Part shown: positions 9,298-20,722 of the stretch, piece after piece | Layout: each line of letters begins with the position of its first letter | Position numbering within the stretch: position 1 is the stretch's first letter | Source: Burkholderiales bacterium | GTDB taxonomy: Bacteria; Pseudomonadota; Gammaproteobacteria; Burkholderiales; SG8-41 | Direction of reading: 5' to 3' | Assembly: GCA_019744975.1 (NCBI GenBank) | Contig: JAIETP010000002.1 | Span: 4,631-68,630, forward strand | DNA length: 64,000 nt | Position numbers and translations under genes: made by a program | Notes under the pieces: generated by a model | What the model was told of the DNA's origin: nothing | Seen by the model: the letters and a program-made list of their open reading frames with translations, nothing else | Database searches by the model: none

Positions 9298-10769
9298 GTT
9301 TGCATGCCGCCAAGGGTGAAGTGGAAAGTGGCGCCCTGGCCCGGTGCCGCTTCCGCCCAGATCCTGCCGCCATGCTGCTTGATGATGCGCTGGACGATGG
9401 CGAGCCCGACGCCGGTGCCCGGAAACTCAGCGATGCCGTGCAGGCGCTGGAATACGCCGAACAGCTTGTCGGCGTAGCGCATGTCGAATCCGGCGCCGTT
9501 GTCGCGAACGGAGTAGACGGTTTCGCCATTCTGTTCAAGGCTGCCGATTTCAATCCGGGCGCCGATGGTTTTGCCGCTGAACTTGAGGGCATTGGACAGC
9601 AGGTTGATCCACACCTGTTTCAGCAAGTGGGGATCACCCCTACACCGCGCGAGTTGACTGATTTTGATCTGGGTTTTGTGCGGATCGTATTCATTGCGCA
9701 GCGTTTCCAGGCATTCCTGTACCAGGGTTTCGCTGGCGATTTCCTGGACATTCATGGCGCGGCGACCCAGGCGCGAAAAGGCCAGCAGGTCGTCGATCAG
9801 GTTGCCCATGCGCTGCACGCCCTCGCGCACGCGCGCCAGATAGTGTTTTGTTTCCGCTTTGGTGTCCGGGCCCAGATCCTTCACTGCAAGCTGCGCGAAA
9901 CCGTCAACCGCCCGCAACGGTGTGCGCAGGTCGTGCGAAACCGAGTAGCAGAAAGCCTCCAATTCCCGGATCGCGGCGTCACGTTCCTGCAGGCGTTTCT
10001 CGATCAGCCCAAGGGTTTCCTGCAGATGCGCGGCCATGTCATCGAAATCCGCGGCCAATGCGCCGATCTCGTCGGTTTTGGCGAGGCCGATACGGTGTCC
10101 GAGGTCGCCGCCCCCGATCTGACGGGCACCGGTGGTGAGCGTTTTCAGGCGGCTCAGCACGTTGTGGCGCACATAGGCGAAGGCCGCGGCCACGACCAGA
10201 ATCGCGAACAGGATTGCGTAGAAGGCGATCTGCTTCATCCAGTGCTGGGCCTGTGCGGCGTCCTGCAGGGTATTTTCCGCTTGGATGGTGCCAAGCGCGC
10301 GCAGATCGCGCAGATTGGCATCGACCCTTTCGCGCTGGATCGCCCATTTGCCGGTGAGCATTCGCACACGCTGCGTGTCACCCAGTGCGTTGCTGCGGAT
10401 CAGTTCGCGCCGGGTGGCGACAATCGCATGGTGACTTTCCAGGAAAATCTGCAATTGCGGCGCGACTTCGTCATTGCCGGCCTGCAGCGGATGGTCATCA
10501 ACGGCCCTGGCGATATCGCGGTCGGCTTCGGCGATGGCATCGAGGTCGCTCTGTTTGCCGGTTTGCAGGTACAGCAGCAAGTGGGTCTCGATGGCGGCGC
10601 GCTGCTGGCGCAGTTCACCGACCAGATGGTCCATCACCAGCAGCTGACGGCCGGTGTCGCGCAGCGACTGCTGTTGCAGATGCAGGGAATAGACGATGAA
10701 GCCGCTCATTCCGGCGAGCAGCAGCAGGCTCAGCAGGGCGGGCAGCAGTATTTTCAGGCTGAGTCGCAT
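9294..10769 (-). CDS. sensor histidine kinase (periplasmic helical sensor, HAMP, HisKA, HATPase_c)
   Basis: 491 aa with two TM segments flanking a helical domain of about 150 aa. H-box SHDLRTPL; G-boxes DNGAGF and GTGVGLAIV. Confidence 0.9.
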   Translation of the reverse strand: MRLSLKILLPALLSLLLLAGMSGFIVYSLHLQQQSLRDTGRQLLVMDHLVGELRQQRAAIETHLLLYLQTGKQSDLDAIAEADRDIARAVDDHPLQAGNDEVAPQLQIFLESHHAIVATRRELIRSNALGDTQRVRMLTGKWAIQRERVDANLRDLRALGTIQAENTLQDAAQAQHWMKQIAFYAILFAILVVAAAFAYVRHNVLSRLKTLTTGARQIGGGDLGHRIGLAKTDEIGALAADFDDMAAHLQETLGLIEKRLQERDAAIRELEAFCYSVSHDLRTPLRAVDGFAQLAVKDLGPDTKAETKHYLARVREGVQRMGNLIDDLLAFSRLGRRAMNVQEIASETLVQECLETLRNEYDPHKTQIKISQLARCRGDPHLLKQVWINLLSNALKFSGKTIGARIEIGSLEQNGETVYSVRDNGAGFDMRYADKLFGVFQRLHGIAEFPGTGVGLAIVQRIIKQHGGRIWAEAAPGQGATFHFTLGGMQT

Positions 10770-10785
10770 GGCATTCCGTTCCGGT

Positions 10786-11838
10786 TCAGTCAGTACGGAT
10801 ATGCAGCGTGGTGGCGTCGGGTTTCACCGCATGCAGGAATTCCGTCATCACGAAATCCCTGAAATCCGGAACGGGGGTCTTGAATGCGCCCGCGTCTCTC
10901 ATCCATCGCGCTTCCTGCGTCAACAGCGACAGCAGCAGATTGTCGAGTTCGATGTCAAAGCGGAGTGCGGGCCAACTCAGGCGAATGGCTGTTTCGGGGT
11001 ATTGCTTCGCGAGCTCGCGGATGACGATTTCCAGGCTTTCTTCGGGGTTGGTTTGGATGTAGGCATGTGCGCGCAGGACGGCTTTGAGCAGTCGCTGCAT
11101 GGCCACCGGATTTGCCAGCAGTTTTTCGCGCATACCAACCAGCATCGAGGTTTCTATGTAGAGGTCGGAGTAAAAAACGGCCAGGCGTTCCTTGCCCAAT
11201 TTATCCTGCAATGATTGCAGATGGGCACCGAAAACCACCAGGGCATCGATTTCACCGCCGGTGATGGCGGCTTCGAAATTTTCCGGTTCGACGCTGATTT
11301 TTCTGACACTGAAGGCCGGAATGCTTTCCGCGGCCAGCAACAGATGCAACAGGTATTCCATCGAGGCCCCGAGCGTCACGCCGATGCGTTTGCCTTCGAG
11401 GTCAGTTGCAGTGGAAATGCCGCGGTCGCGGCGTGCGACTATCGCCTGGTTGCGCGTCGAGGTGTGCAGGCTTGCGATGATGCCCAGAGGTACCCACTCG
11501 TATATGCGCCGCACCACCGGCGTTCCGAATGCCGTGGCGATGTCCGCCTTGCCCTCGATCACGCTGTTGAGCGCGTTCCGTCCCAGCGTGTGTGGTTGCA
11601 ATTCAACGTTCAGTCCTTCTTCCTCGAAATAACCACGGGCGGCGGCGATGTAGATCAGCGCGAACGATGGCTGCGAGGCGTGGGCGATCACCAGTTTTTC
11701 CGGTTGCCGTGCGGGTTGGGTGGCGAAACGCACCCAGACGGCGATCAGCAATGCCGCGATCAATGCCGCCGCAATGACGGGCAGCTTGCGTGTCAGCAGG
11801 CGCCGGTACCAGGGCGCGGGGGTGTTCAGGTCATTCAT
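10786..11838 (-). CDS. membrane-anchored NMT1/THI5-like (nitrate/sulfonate/bicarbonate-type) substrate-binding protein
   Basis: 350 aa with an N-terminal TM anchor (LPVIAAALIAALLIAVWV) followed by a periplasmic-binding-protein fold. No permease or ATPase genes are adjacent. Confidence 0.6.
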   Translation of the reverse strand: MNDLNTPAPWYRRLLTRKLPVIAAALIAALLIAVWVRFATQPARQPEKLVIAHASQPSFALIYIAAARGYFEEEGLNVELQPHTLGRNALNSVIEGKADIATAFGTPVVRRIYEWVPLGIIASLHTSTRNQAIVARRDRGISTATDLEGKRIGVTLGASMEYLLHLLLAAESIPAFSVRKISVEPENFEAAITGGEIDALVVFGAHLQSLQDKLGKERLAVFYSDLYIETSMLVGMREKLLANPVAMQRLLKAVLRAHAYIQTNPEESLEIVIRELAKQYPETAIRLSWPALRFDIELDNLLLSLLTQEARWMRDAGAFKTPVPDFRDFVMTEFLHAVKPDATTLHIRTD

Positions 11839-12241
11839 TGAAGGGGCTGCTGTCGGTAGCAGAAGTGCCGATGCAGCGGGCGATCAGCGGCTCCAGGTCG
11901 CGGAACAGGTGATTCTTGTCGACAAAGGCCGCGGCGCCCGCGGATTGCGCTTTTTCGGCGATATGCGTGTCCGCCATCATCGACATCGCGATGACCACGG
12001 TTTCGGGCGTCCGTGCCTTGATGCGGCGGGTGATTTCCACACCGTTCATGTCCGGCAGTTGGATGTCCATCAGTACCAGCCGCGGCTGCAGTCGCGTAAA
12101 TTTTTCCAGCGCCCCGCCGCCGGTTCGCGCTTCATGCACCTCGAACTGCGGGAAGCGCAGCGCAAGGAATTCGCGCAGCGCTTTGCTGAACGCCTTGTTG
12201 TCCTCGACGATCAGCACAATGGTGGGTATCGGCGCGCTCAT
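11831..12241 (-). CDS. single-domain response regulator
   Basis: VLIVEDNKAF...LVLMDIQLPDMNG...FVDK receiver motifs. It overlaps the downstream gene by 8 nt. Confidence 0.85.
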   Translation of the reverse strand: MSAPIPTIVLIVEDNKAFSKALREFLALRFPQFEVHEARTGGGALEKFTRLQPRLVLMDIQLPDMNGVEITRRIKARTPETVVIAMSMMADTHIAEKAQSAGAAAFVDKNHLFRDLEPLIARCIGTSATDSSPFNE

Positions 12242-12338
12242 GGGGCAGGCCGCTGCGTGATGGAGTGGGGATTTGTTTTCATGCCGCCATTTAACGGCAT
12301 GGCCCCGGATGGGGTCTGTAGGGAGACTTTGAGTGCAA

Positions 12339-12371
12339 CAAAAAAAATAACCAATTAAATCAATTGGTTAT
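12339..12371 (-). terminator. rho-independent terminator downstream of the LuxR-type regulator
   Basis: Perfect 10-bp inverted repeat ataaccaatt/aattggttat (12347-12356 and 12362-12371) with a 5-nt loop, followed on the minus strand by a run of 8 T. Confidence 0.7.
12351..12371 (+). repeat. AT-box copy (CCAATTAAATCAATTGGTTAT), also part of a terminator
   Basis: Motif family; exact match to WATCAANNNNTTR. Confidence 0.45.
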
Positions 12372-12389
12372 AAATTCAGATGCGAAATG

Positions 12390-13021
12390 CTAGTCGAGGC
12401 TGGTGATGCCGTGCTGGATGGCGAACTTGACCAGCGCGGGCATGTCGGCGACGCCGAGCTTTTTCATCAAGCGGCTGCGATACGTCTCTACGGTTTTGGG
12501 CGAAAGATCTACGACAACGGCGATCTCGGCGCTGGATTTGCCTTCGACCACGAGTTGCAGCACCTGGCGTTCGCGTGAGGACAGGCTGGCGAGCGGGCCG
12601 GCCGTTGCCGCGGTGTTGCCGGGATTGTTTTTGTCGATGGCGCTGCTGACATAGCGGCGACCGCCGGCGGCGGCGCGTACTGCGGCCAGTACTTCAGTGC
12701 CGGCTGCCTCTTTCAACACATAAGCGGTGGCGCCGGCGGCGAAGGCCTGATGTATCCGTTCCGGGCTGGTATGCATCGACAGGATCACGACCTGTGTCGC
12801 CGGGCAGCGTTGGCGGATGAGCCGGGTGGCCTCGATGCCGTTCATGTCCGGCATCGAGATATCCATGACCACGACATCAGGGTGATGCAGAACAGCGGCC
12901 TCGATTGCCTCACGGCCGTTGACGACGGCGGCGACCACGGTGGCGGCGGCGCCGTTTTCGATCAGCGTGCGCAGGCCTTCGCGCATCACGGCGTGGTCGT
13001 CGGCAATCAGCACCCGGATGT

Positions 13022-13025
<4 letters not shown>
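12390..13025 (-). CDS. NarL/FixJ (LuxR-type HTH) response regulator
   Basis: Receiver (VLIADDHAVMREGL...VVMDISMPDMNG) plus a C-terminal LuxR HTH (LSSRERQVLQLVVEGKSSAEIA). Confidence 0.9.
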
Positions 13026-15679
<2,654 letters not shown>

Positions 15680-15837
15680 AACGGCTCACGGCATTGATTC
15701 ATGACGTCCCTTGGTGCTTTTATTGTTACAACTACTTTACCCCGAACGCTGATATTCAGCATCCAGTGCGCTGTGGATGTCACCGGCCTGTAATCATCTG
15801 GCTTTAAGGTGCTTGGCTTTCACAATCGGGAGCGCAT

Positions 15838-17760
15838 ATGAGCCACAGTTACAGCGACGGGCGGACCCTCAACGATTCGCCGAATGCCACGTTTGACCAA
15901 ATCCTCGAAACCCGGTTGTCACGCCGTGGCCTGTTGAAAGGCGCTGCGGCGCTGGCCGTTGCCGGCAGCCTGCCGTTGGCGGGTTGCGCAACTGCCGGCC
16001 TGCGCCGGGAGGGCAACCTCGGTTTCAAAGGCATTTCAGTTTCAACGGCTGATGCGGTTCGTGTCCCCGAGGGGTATTCAGCGAACGTGCTGTATGCCTG
16101 GGGCGATCCCGTCGGCCACCCTTCCGCTTCGCCGGCATTCAAACAGGACGCCGGCAACAGCGCCGATGAGCAGGCACTGCAGGCGGGCATGCACCATGAC
16201 GGCATTCATTATTTCGCGCTGCCCTACGGCTCGGAGAATTCCGCCAACGGCCTGCTGGTGATGAACCACGAATACAGCGATGACGGCCTGTTGCATGCCG
16301 ATGGTTTTGCCAACTGGAATGCCGACAAGGTGCGCAAGGCGCAGAACGCGCATGGTTGTTCGGTGGTCGAGGTTCGGGAAAAGGGCGGCAAATGGGAAGT
16401 AGTGCGGCCTTCGCCGTTTGCGCGGCGGGTGACCGCGCGCACACCGATGCGTATCGCCGGGCCGGCCGCAGGAAGCGCGGACATGAAAACCGCCGCCGAT
16501 CCCGCGGGTATGACGGTGCTCGGCACCTTCAATAACTGCGCACACGGCTATACGCCCTGGGGTACCTACCTGACCTGTGAAGAAAACTGGAACAGCTATT
16601 TCACCAACAGCGGCACATTGACGGCGGATCACCGGCGCAATGGCGTGAGCCCTAAAGGCCGCGGTTACCGCTGGGAAGAGTTTGACGAACGGTTTGATGC
16701 CGGCAAACATCCCAACGAATCCAACCGCCACGGCTGGGTCGTCGAATTCGATCCTTATGATCCGCAGTCGCAACCGGTAAAACGCACGGCCCTCGGGCGT
16801 TTCAGCCACGAGGGCGCATGGACCGCCGCTGCAAACGACGGGCGGCTGGTGGTTTACATGGGGGACGACCGCGCGTTCGAATACATCTACAAATTCGTCT
16901 CGCGTGATGCCTGGAACCGGACCGACCGCAACGCCAATCGCAATATCCTCGACCACGGTACGTTGTATGTCGCGAAGTTCAGCGATGACGCTTCGGGCGA
17001 ATGGATTCCGCTGATTCACGGTCGCGGTGCATTGACAAAGGAGGCGGGTTTTGCCGACCAGGCCGATGTGCTGATCCGCACCCGCGCGGCAGGTGATGCC
17101 GTCGGTGCGACAAAAATGGACCGGCCGGAATGGATTGCCGTGCATCCGGCGACCAATGAGGTCTATTGCACCTTGACCAACAACAGCGGTCGCGGCGGCA
17201 AGGACCGGCCGGGTACCGACCGCGCCAATCCGCGGGTGAACAACGTGTTCGGCCAGATCATCCGCTGGCGCGAAAGTGGCAATGACCCGGCGGCACTGAA
17301 TTTCCAATGGGATTTGTTTGCGATTGCCGGCGATCCGCAGCATCCCGACGCCGGCCGGCGCGGCAATATCAAGGGTGATGCCTACGGCAGCCCTGACGGT
17401 TTGTGGTTTGATGATGGCGGCCTGTTGTGGATCCAGACCGATGTCTCGGCGAGCACCATCAGCAAAAACCACTATGAACGCCTCGGCAACAACCAGATGC
17501 TTGCCGCCGACATTCGCAGCGGCGAGACGCGCCGTTTCCTGACCGGACCCAATGGTTGCGAAGTCACCGGCGTGGTGATGACGCCGGACGCGCGCACCAT
17601 GTTCATCAATATTCAGCACCCGGGCGAGGCGCCGAAGGGCCGCAACGATCCGCAGAATCCGAAGGCGCACAGCAGCTGGCCCGATGGCGCAGCCGGCGGC
17701 CGGCCGCGTTCGGCGACCGTGGTGATTCGCAAGAACGACGGCGGTGTGATCGGTACCTGA
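15838..17760 (+). CDS. phoX: PhoX-family (DUF839) secreted alkaline phosphatase
   Basis: 640 aa with a Tat-type signal SRRGLLKGAAALAVAG. Blocks typical of PhoX beta-propeller phosphatases: NNCAHGYTPWGTYLTCEEN, FSHEGA, PDGLWFD. Confidence 0.8.
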   Translation: MSHSYSDGRTLNDSPNATFDQILETRLSRRGLLKGAAALAVAGSLPLAGCATAGLRREGNLGFKGISVSTADAVRVPEGYSANVLYAWGDPVGHPSASPAFKQDAGNSADEQALQAGMHHDGIHYFALPYGSENSANGLLVMNHEYSDDGLLHADGFANWNADKVRKAQNAHGCSVVEVREKGGKWEVVRPSPFARRVTARTPMRIAGPAAGSADMKTAADPAGMTVLGTFNNCAHGYTPWGTYLTCEENWNSYFTNSGTLTADHRRNGVSPKGRGYRWEEFDERFDAGKHPNESNRHGWVVEFDPYDPQSQPVKRTALGRFSHEGAWTAAANDGRLVVYMGDDRAFEYIYKFVSRDAWNRTDRNANRNILDHGTLYVAKFSDDASGEWIPLIHGRGALTKEAGFADQADVLIRTRAAGDAVGATKMDRPEWIAVHPATNEVYCTLTNNSGRGGKDRPGTDRANPRVNNVFGQIIRWRESGNDPAALNFQWDLFAIAGDPQHPDAGRRGNIKGDAYGSPDGLWFDDGGLLWIQTDVSASTISKNHYERLGNNQMLAADIRSGETRRFLTGPNGCEVTGVVMTPDARTMFINIQHPGEAPKGRNDPQNPKAHSSWPDGAAGGRPRSATVVIRKNDGGVIGT

Positions 17761-17818
17761 GTCGTCTCAACCGGATTTTGTGCGATCATCGCACTTCATT
17801 CACAGCGAATGGAGTGCG

Positions 17819-18193
17819 ATGATGGCTGTCCAGGAATTAACCGAAGCGAATTTCGAAAGCACGGTCACCGGCAACAAAATGGTGATCATCGATTTTTGGG
17901 CGCCGTGGTGCGGCCCCTGTAAAAGTTTCGCACCGGTATTCGAGGCCGCCGCGGAAAAACATCCCGATGTGGTGTTCGCCAAGGTCAATTCCGACGACGA
18001 GCAGGGATTGTCCGCGCATTTCGGCATTCGCTCGATTCCGACCCTCATGCTGTTCCGCGAGGAAGTGATCGTGTTCATGCAGTCGGGGGCGTTGCCGGCG
18101 TCAGGGCTGGACAGCGTACTGACCCAGGCGAAGGCGCTGGACATGGACAAGGTGCGGCGCGACATCGCTGCCCAGCAGGCGCAACAACAATAA
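17819..18193 (+). CDS. thioredoxin
   Basis: WAPWCGPCK active site in a thioredoxin fold, with a Q-rich C-terminal tail of about 15 aa. Start chosen at ATG 17819. Confidence 0.85.
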   Translation: MMAVQELTEANFESTVTGNKMVIIDFWAPWCGPCKSFAPVFEAAAEKHPDVVFAKVNSDDEQGLSAHFGIRSIPTLMLFREEVIVFMQSGALPASGLDSVLTQAKALDMDKVRRDIAAQQAQQQ

Positions 18194-18197
18194 AAAT

Positions 18198-18217
18198 CAA
18201 TAAAATCAAATACTTAT
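18198..18217 (+). repeat. AT-box copy (CAATAAAATCAAATACTTAT)
   Basis: Motif family; exact match to WATCAANNNNTTR. It begins 5 nt after the thioredoxin stop. Confidence 0.65.
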
Positions 18218-18273
18218 AGTATTTCGCCCGGTGCGGTCCGTGCAGCCGGTGCCTGTATCAACCGAGAGGAGCG

Positions 18274-19455
18274 GTGATGACCACGCGTGGTTTCTGGATT
18301 GATCATTTTCCCGGCAATTTCCTGTGGTCCAACGCCGCACTGGCGTGCAAGGGCATGGCGCCGTATGGTGTGGTGGCGATGGACGAGATCGATCGCATCG
18401 CCGAAAAACTGAAAACGCGGCAGGGTGAGCCGCAGGCCTGGCAGGAGGAATGGTGCGCGATGGCGGCGCAGCTTGAAAAAACCGCCGATGCCGCGGCGGC
18501 TAAAGGCAATGACCGCACGGCAGGCAATTACTATATGCGTGCCGGCAACTATTACTATACCGGTGAGCGTTTTATTCCGCCGGGCGAGGCCAAGGTCGCG
18601 GTCGGGCGCAAGGCCTACCGCTGTTTCCAGGCGGGGTTGAGTCGCGGTTATCCCAATCTCGAATTCGTCGAAGTGCCTTATGAGAATGAGATGCGGAAAG
18701 GCACCACGCTGCCCGCATTGTTCATGAAGGCGCCGGGCGTGTCGGTGCGCGCGCCGACCGTGGTGATTTTCAACGGAATGGACAATTGCAAGGAAATGAG
18801 TGTGATCTTCGCCGGGCTGGAATTCGCCAGGCGCGGCATGCACACGCTGGCGATCGACGGGCCGGGGCAGGGCGAGACGCTGCGTTTTCGCGGCATTCCC
18901 AGCCGTTATGACTACGAAGTGCCGGGAAGCGCGGCCTACGAATATGTCGCGCAACGCGCCGATGTTGATCCGGCGCGGGTGGTGATCATGGGCTACAGCT
19001 TTGGCGGTTATTACTCGGCGCGCATCGCGGCCTTCGAGAAACGTTATGCCGCGGGTGTGGCGATGACCGCGCTGCACTGGGATCTCGCCGGCTGGCAGCA
19101 GAAGATCAAGGAAAAGGCGCAGGCCGAGGGCAACAAGGTCGCGCAGTCGAATTTCCAGTTCCAGTGGGTGGTTGGCGCGGCGGATGCCGAGGCCGGCATC
19201 GAAGTCGCGAAACGCTTCACGCTGAAGGATGTGGCGCACCAGATCACCATGCCATTCCTGGTCACTCATGGCGCCAACGACCGCGTGGTGCCGGCGGAAA
19301 ACGCGCAGAAGCTTTATGACGCCATCGGCTCGAAGCGCAAAACCCTGCGCGTGTTTACCGCAGAGGACGGTGGCGCCGAACACGCCCATGTCGATAACCG
19401 GCAGGTCGGCGTTGATTTTGTCGCGGACTGGATCGCTGCGAATCTGCCGGGCTGA
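18274..19455 (+). CDS. alpha/beta hydrolase family protein
   Basis: 393 aa with nucleophile elbow GYSFGG and an N-terminal helical lid, similar to dihydroxypseudooxynicotine-hydrolase-type enzymes. Confidence 0.65.
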   Translation: MMTTRGFWIDHFPGNFLWSNAALACKGMAPYGVVAMDEIDRIAEKLKTRQGEPQAWQEEWCAMAAQLEKTADAAAAKGNDRTAGNYYMRAGNYYYTGERFIPPGEAKVAVGRKAYRCFQAGLSRGYPNLEFVEVPYENEMRKGTTLPALFMKAPGVSVRAPTVVIFNGMDNCKEMSVIFAGLEFARRGMHTLAIDGPGQGETLRFRGIPSRYDYEVPGSAAYEYVAQRADVDPARVVIMGYSFGGYYSARIAAFEKRYAAGVAMTALHWDLAGWQQKIKEKAQAEGNKVAQSNFQFQWVVGAADAEAGIEVAKRFTLKDVAHQITMPFLVTHGANDRVVPAENAQKLYDAIGSKRKTLRVFTAEDGGAEHAHVDNRQVGVDFVADWIAANLPG

Positions 19456-19628
19456 TCTGGGATACGCGGATTGCGTGATCCCGGCTGGTGCATCGGCACT
19501 GCGCTGGTGCGACCCGGCTCCGGCTTCTTCCGGATATCCGTTCTGACAGTGCGTGTGCAGTCGCGGTAAACTTCCTGCTCCTTCTGCTGTCTGAATTCCG
19601 GGTTTCCCGAAATCACTCCTTTTCCCTC

Positions 19629-20711
19629 ATGAAACGCATTGTTTATCTTGCGCTTGCGGTCGCATTGCTGGTTGCTGCCGGCCTGGCCTGGCGGCATTTT
19701 TCCAAACCCCAGCTTCCTGCGGCCAAACCCGCGGTCGCCGGTCCGGCGCGCGCCTTGCCGGTCAAGGCGGCACAGGTGCGCAAGGACACGGTGACCGATA
19801 CCGTCAGTGCGGTGGGCACGCTGCTGGCCAATGAGGCGGTGATGATCCGGCCGGAAATCGACGGACGCATCGAGGCCATTCATTTCCAGGAAGGACAAGT
19901 GGTGCGCAGGGGCGACAAGCTGGTGTCGCTGGATTCATCCGAGGTGGATGCGCAACTTGCCTCCGCGGTGGCCGCCGCCAACCTGAATCGCAGCCGGCTG
20001 AAGCGCTCCCAGGAGTTGCACGAGAAAAAATTCATCAGCGCCCAGGCACTGGACGAGGCGCGCGAAAATCTGAACCAGACCGATGCGCGTGAATCCGAAA
20101 TCAGGGCCAGGCTGGCGAAAACCGTGGTTCGCGCACCGTTTGAAGGTGTGACCGGTCTGCGCCAGATCAGCCCCGGCGCCTATGCCAAGGCGGGACAGGA
20201 CGTGGCGCGGCTCGAAGGCATCGGCATCCTGAAAATCGATTTTCGCGTGCCGGAACTGTACTTGAGCAAGGTCCGCGTTGGCCAGGCGCTGGCGGTGACA
20301 GTCGATGCCTATCCCGCTGAAACCTTCAACGGCGCAATTTATGCCATCGAACCCTCGGTTGATGAAGCGACGCGCACGGTGCTGATCCGCGCGCGCCTGC
20401 CCAATCCGGGCGTACGCCTGAAGCCCGGCATGTTCGCGCGGGTGAGTCTCGTGCTGGAGCAACGCAACAACGCGCTGCTGGTGCCGGAGCAGGCGCTGGT
20501 GCCGCGCGGCGCCGAGCGTTTTGTGTACCGCATCATCGACGGCAAAGCCGTGCTGACCAGGGTGCAGATGGGCATGCGCCGTCCCGGTGAAGTTGAAATT
20601 TTGTCCGGGCTGGAGGAGGGCCAGAGCATCGTTGCCGACGGCCAGCTGAAACTGCAGGACGGCGCGGCGGTCACCGTGATGGCGGAAAAACCGCCCGCGG
20701 CAAAGCCTTAG
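19629..20711 (+). CDS. RND efflux periplasmic adaptor (membrane fusion protein)
   Basis: Signal/anchor MKRIVYLALAVALLVAAGLA, with HlyD-like lipoyl/beta-barrel blocks. It lies directly upstream of an RND pump. Confidence 0.85.
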   Translation: MKRIVYLALAVALLVAAGLAWRHFSKPQLPAAKPAVAGPARALPVKAAQVRKDTVTDTVSAVGTLLANEAVMIRPEIDGRIEAIHFQEGQVVRRGDKLVSLDSSEVDAQLASAVAAANLNRSRLKRSQELHEKKFISAQALDEARENLNQTDARESEIRARLAKTVVRAPFEGVTGLRQISPGAYAKAGQDVARLEGIGILKIDFRVPELYLSKVRVGQALAVTVDAYPAETFNGAIYAIEPSVDEATRTVLIRARLPNPGVRLKPGMFARVSLVLEQRNNALLVPEQALVPRGAERFVYRIIDGKAVLTRVQMGMRRPGEVEILSGLEEGQSIVADGQLKLQDGAAVTVMAEKPPAAKP

Positions 20712-20722
20712 ACACCTTAACC

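Noticed and set aside
16078-17670. Many long ORFs opposite strong genes, for example 16078-17670(-), 18214-19389(-), 21155-22291(-), 33912-35174(+), 39093-40334(+), 47098-48165(-), 49763-50815(-), 57877-58818(-), 58868-59875(-), 4096-5010(-) and 9300-10862(+)
   Set aside because: All overlap genes with unmistakable family motifs on the other strand. Their translations are Arg/Gly/Ala/His-rich with no recognisable domains, so they are high-GC shadow ORFs.
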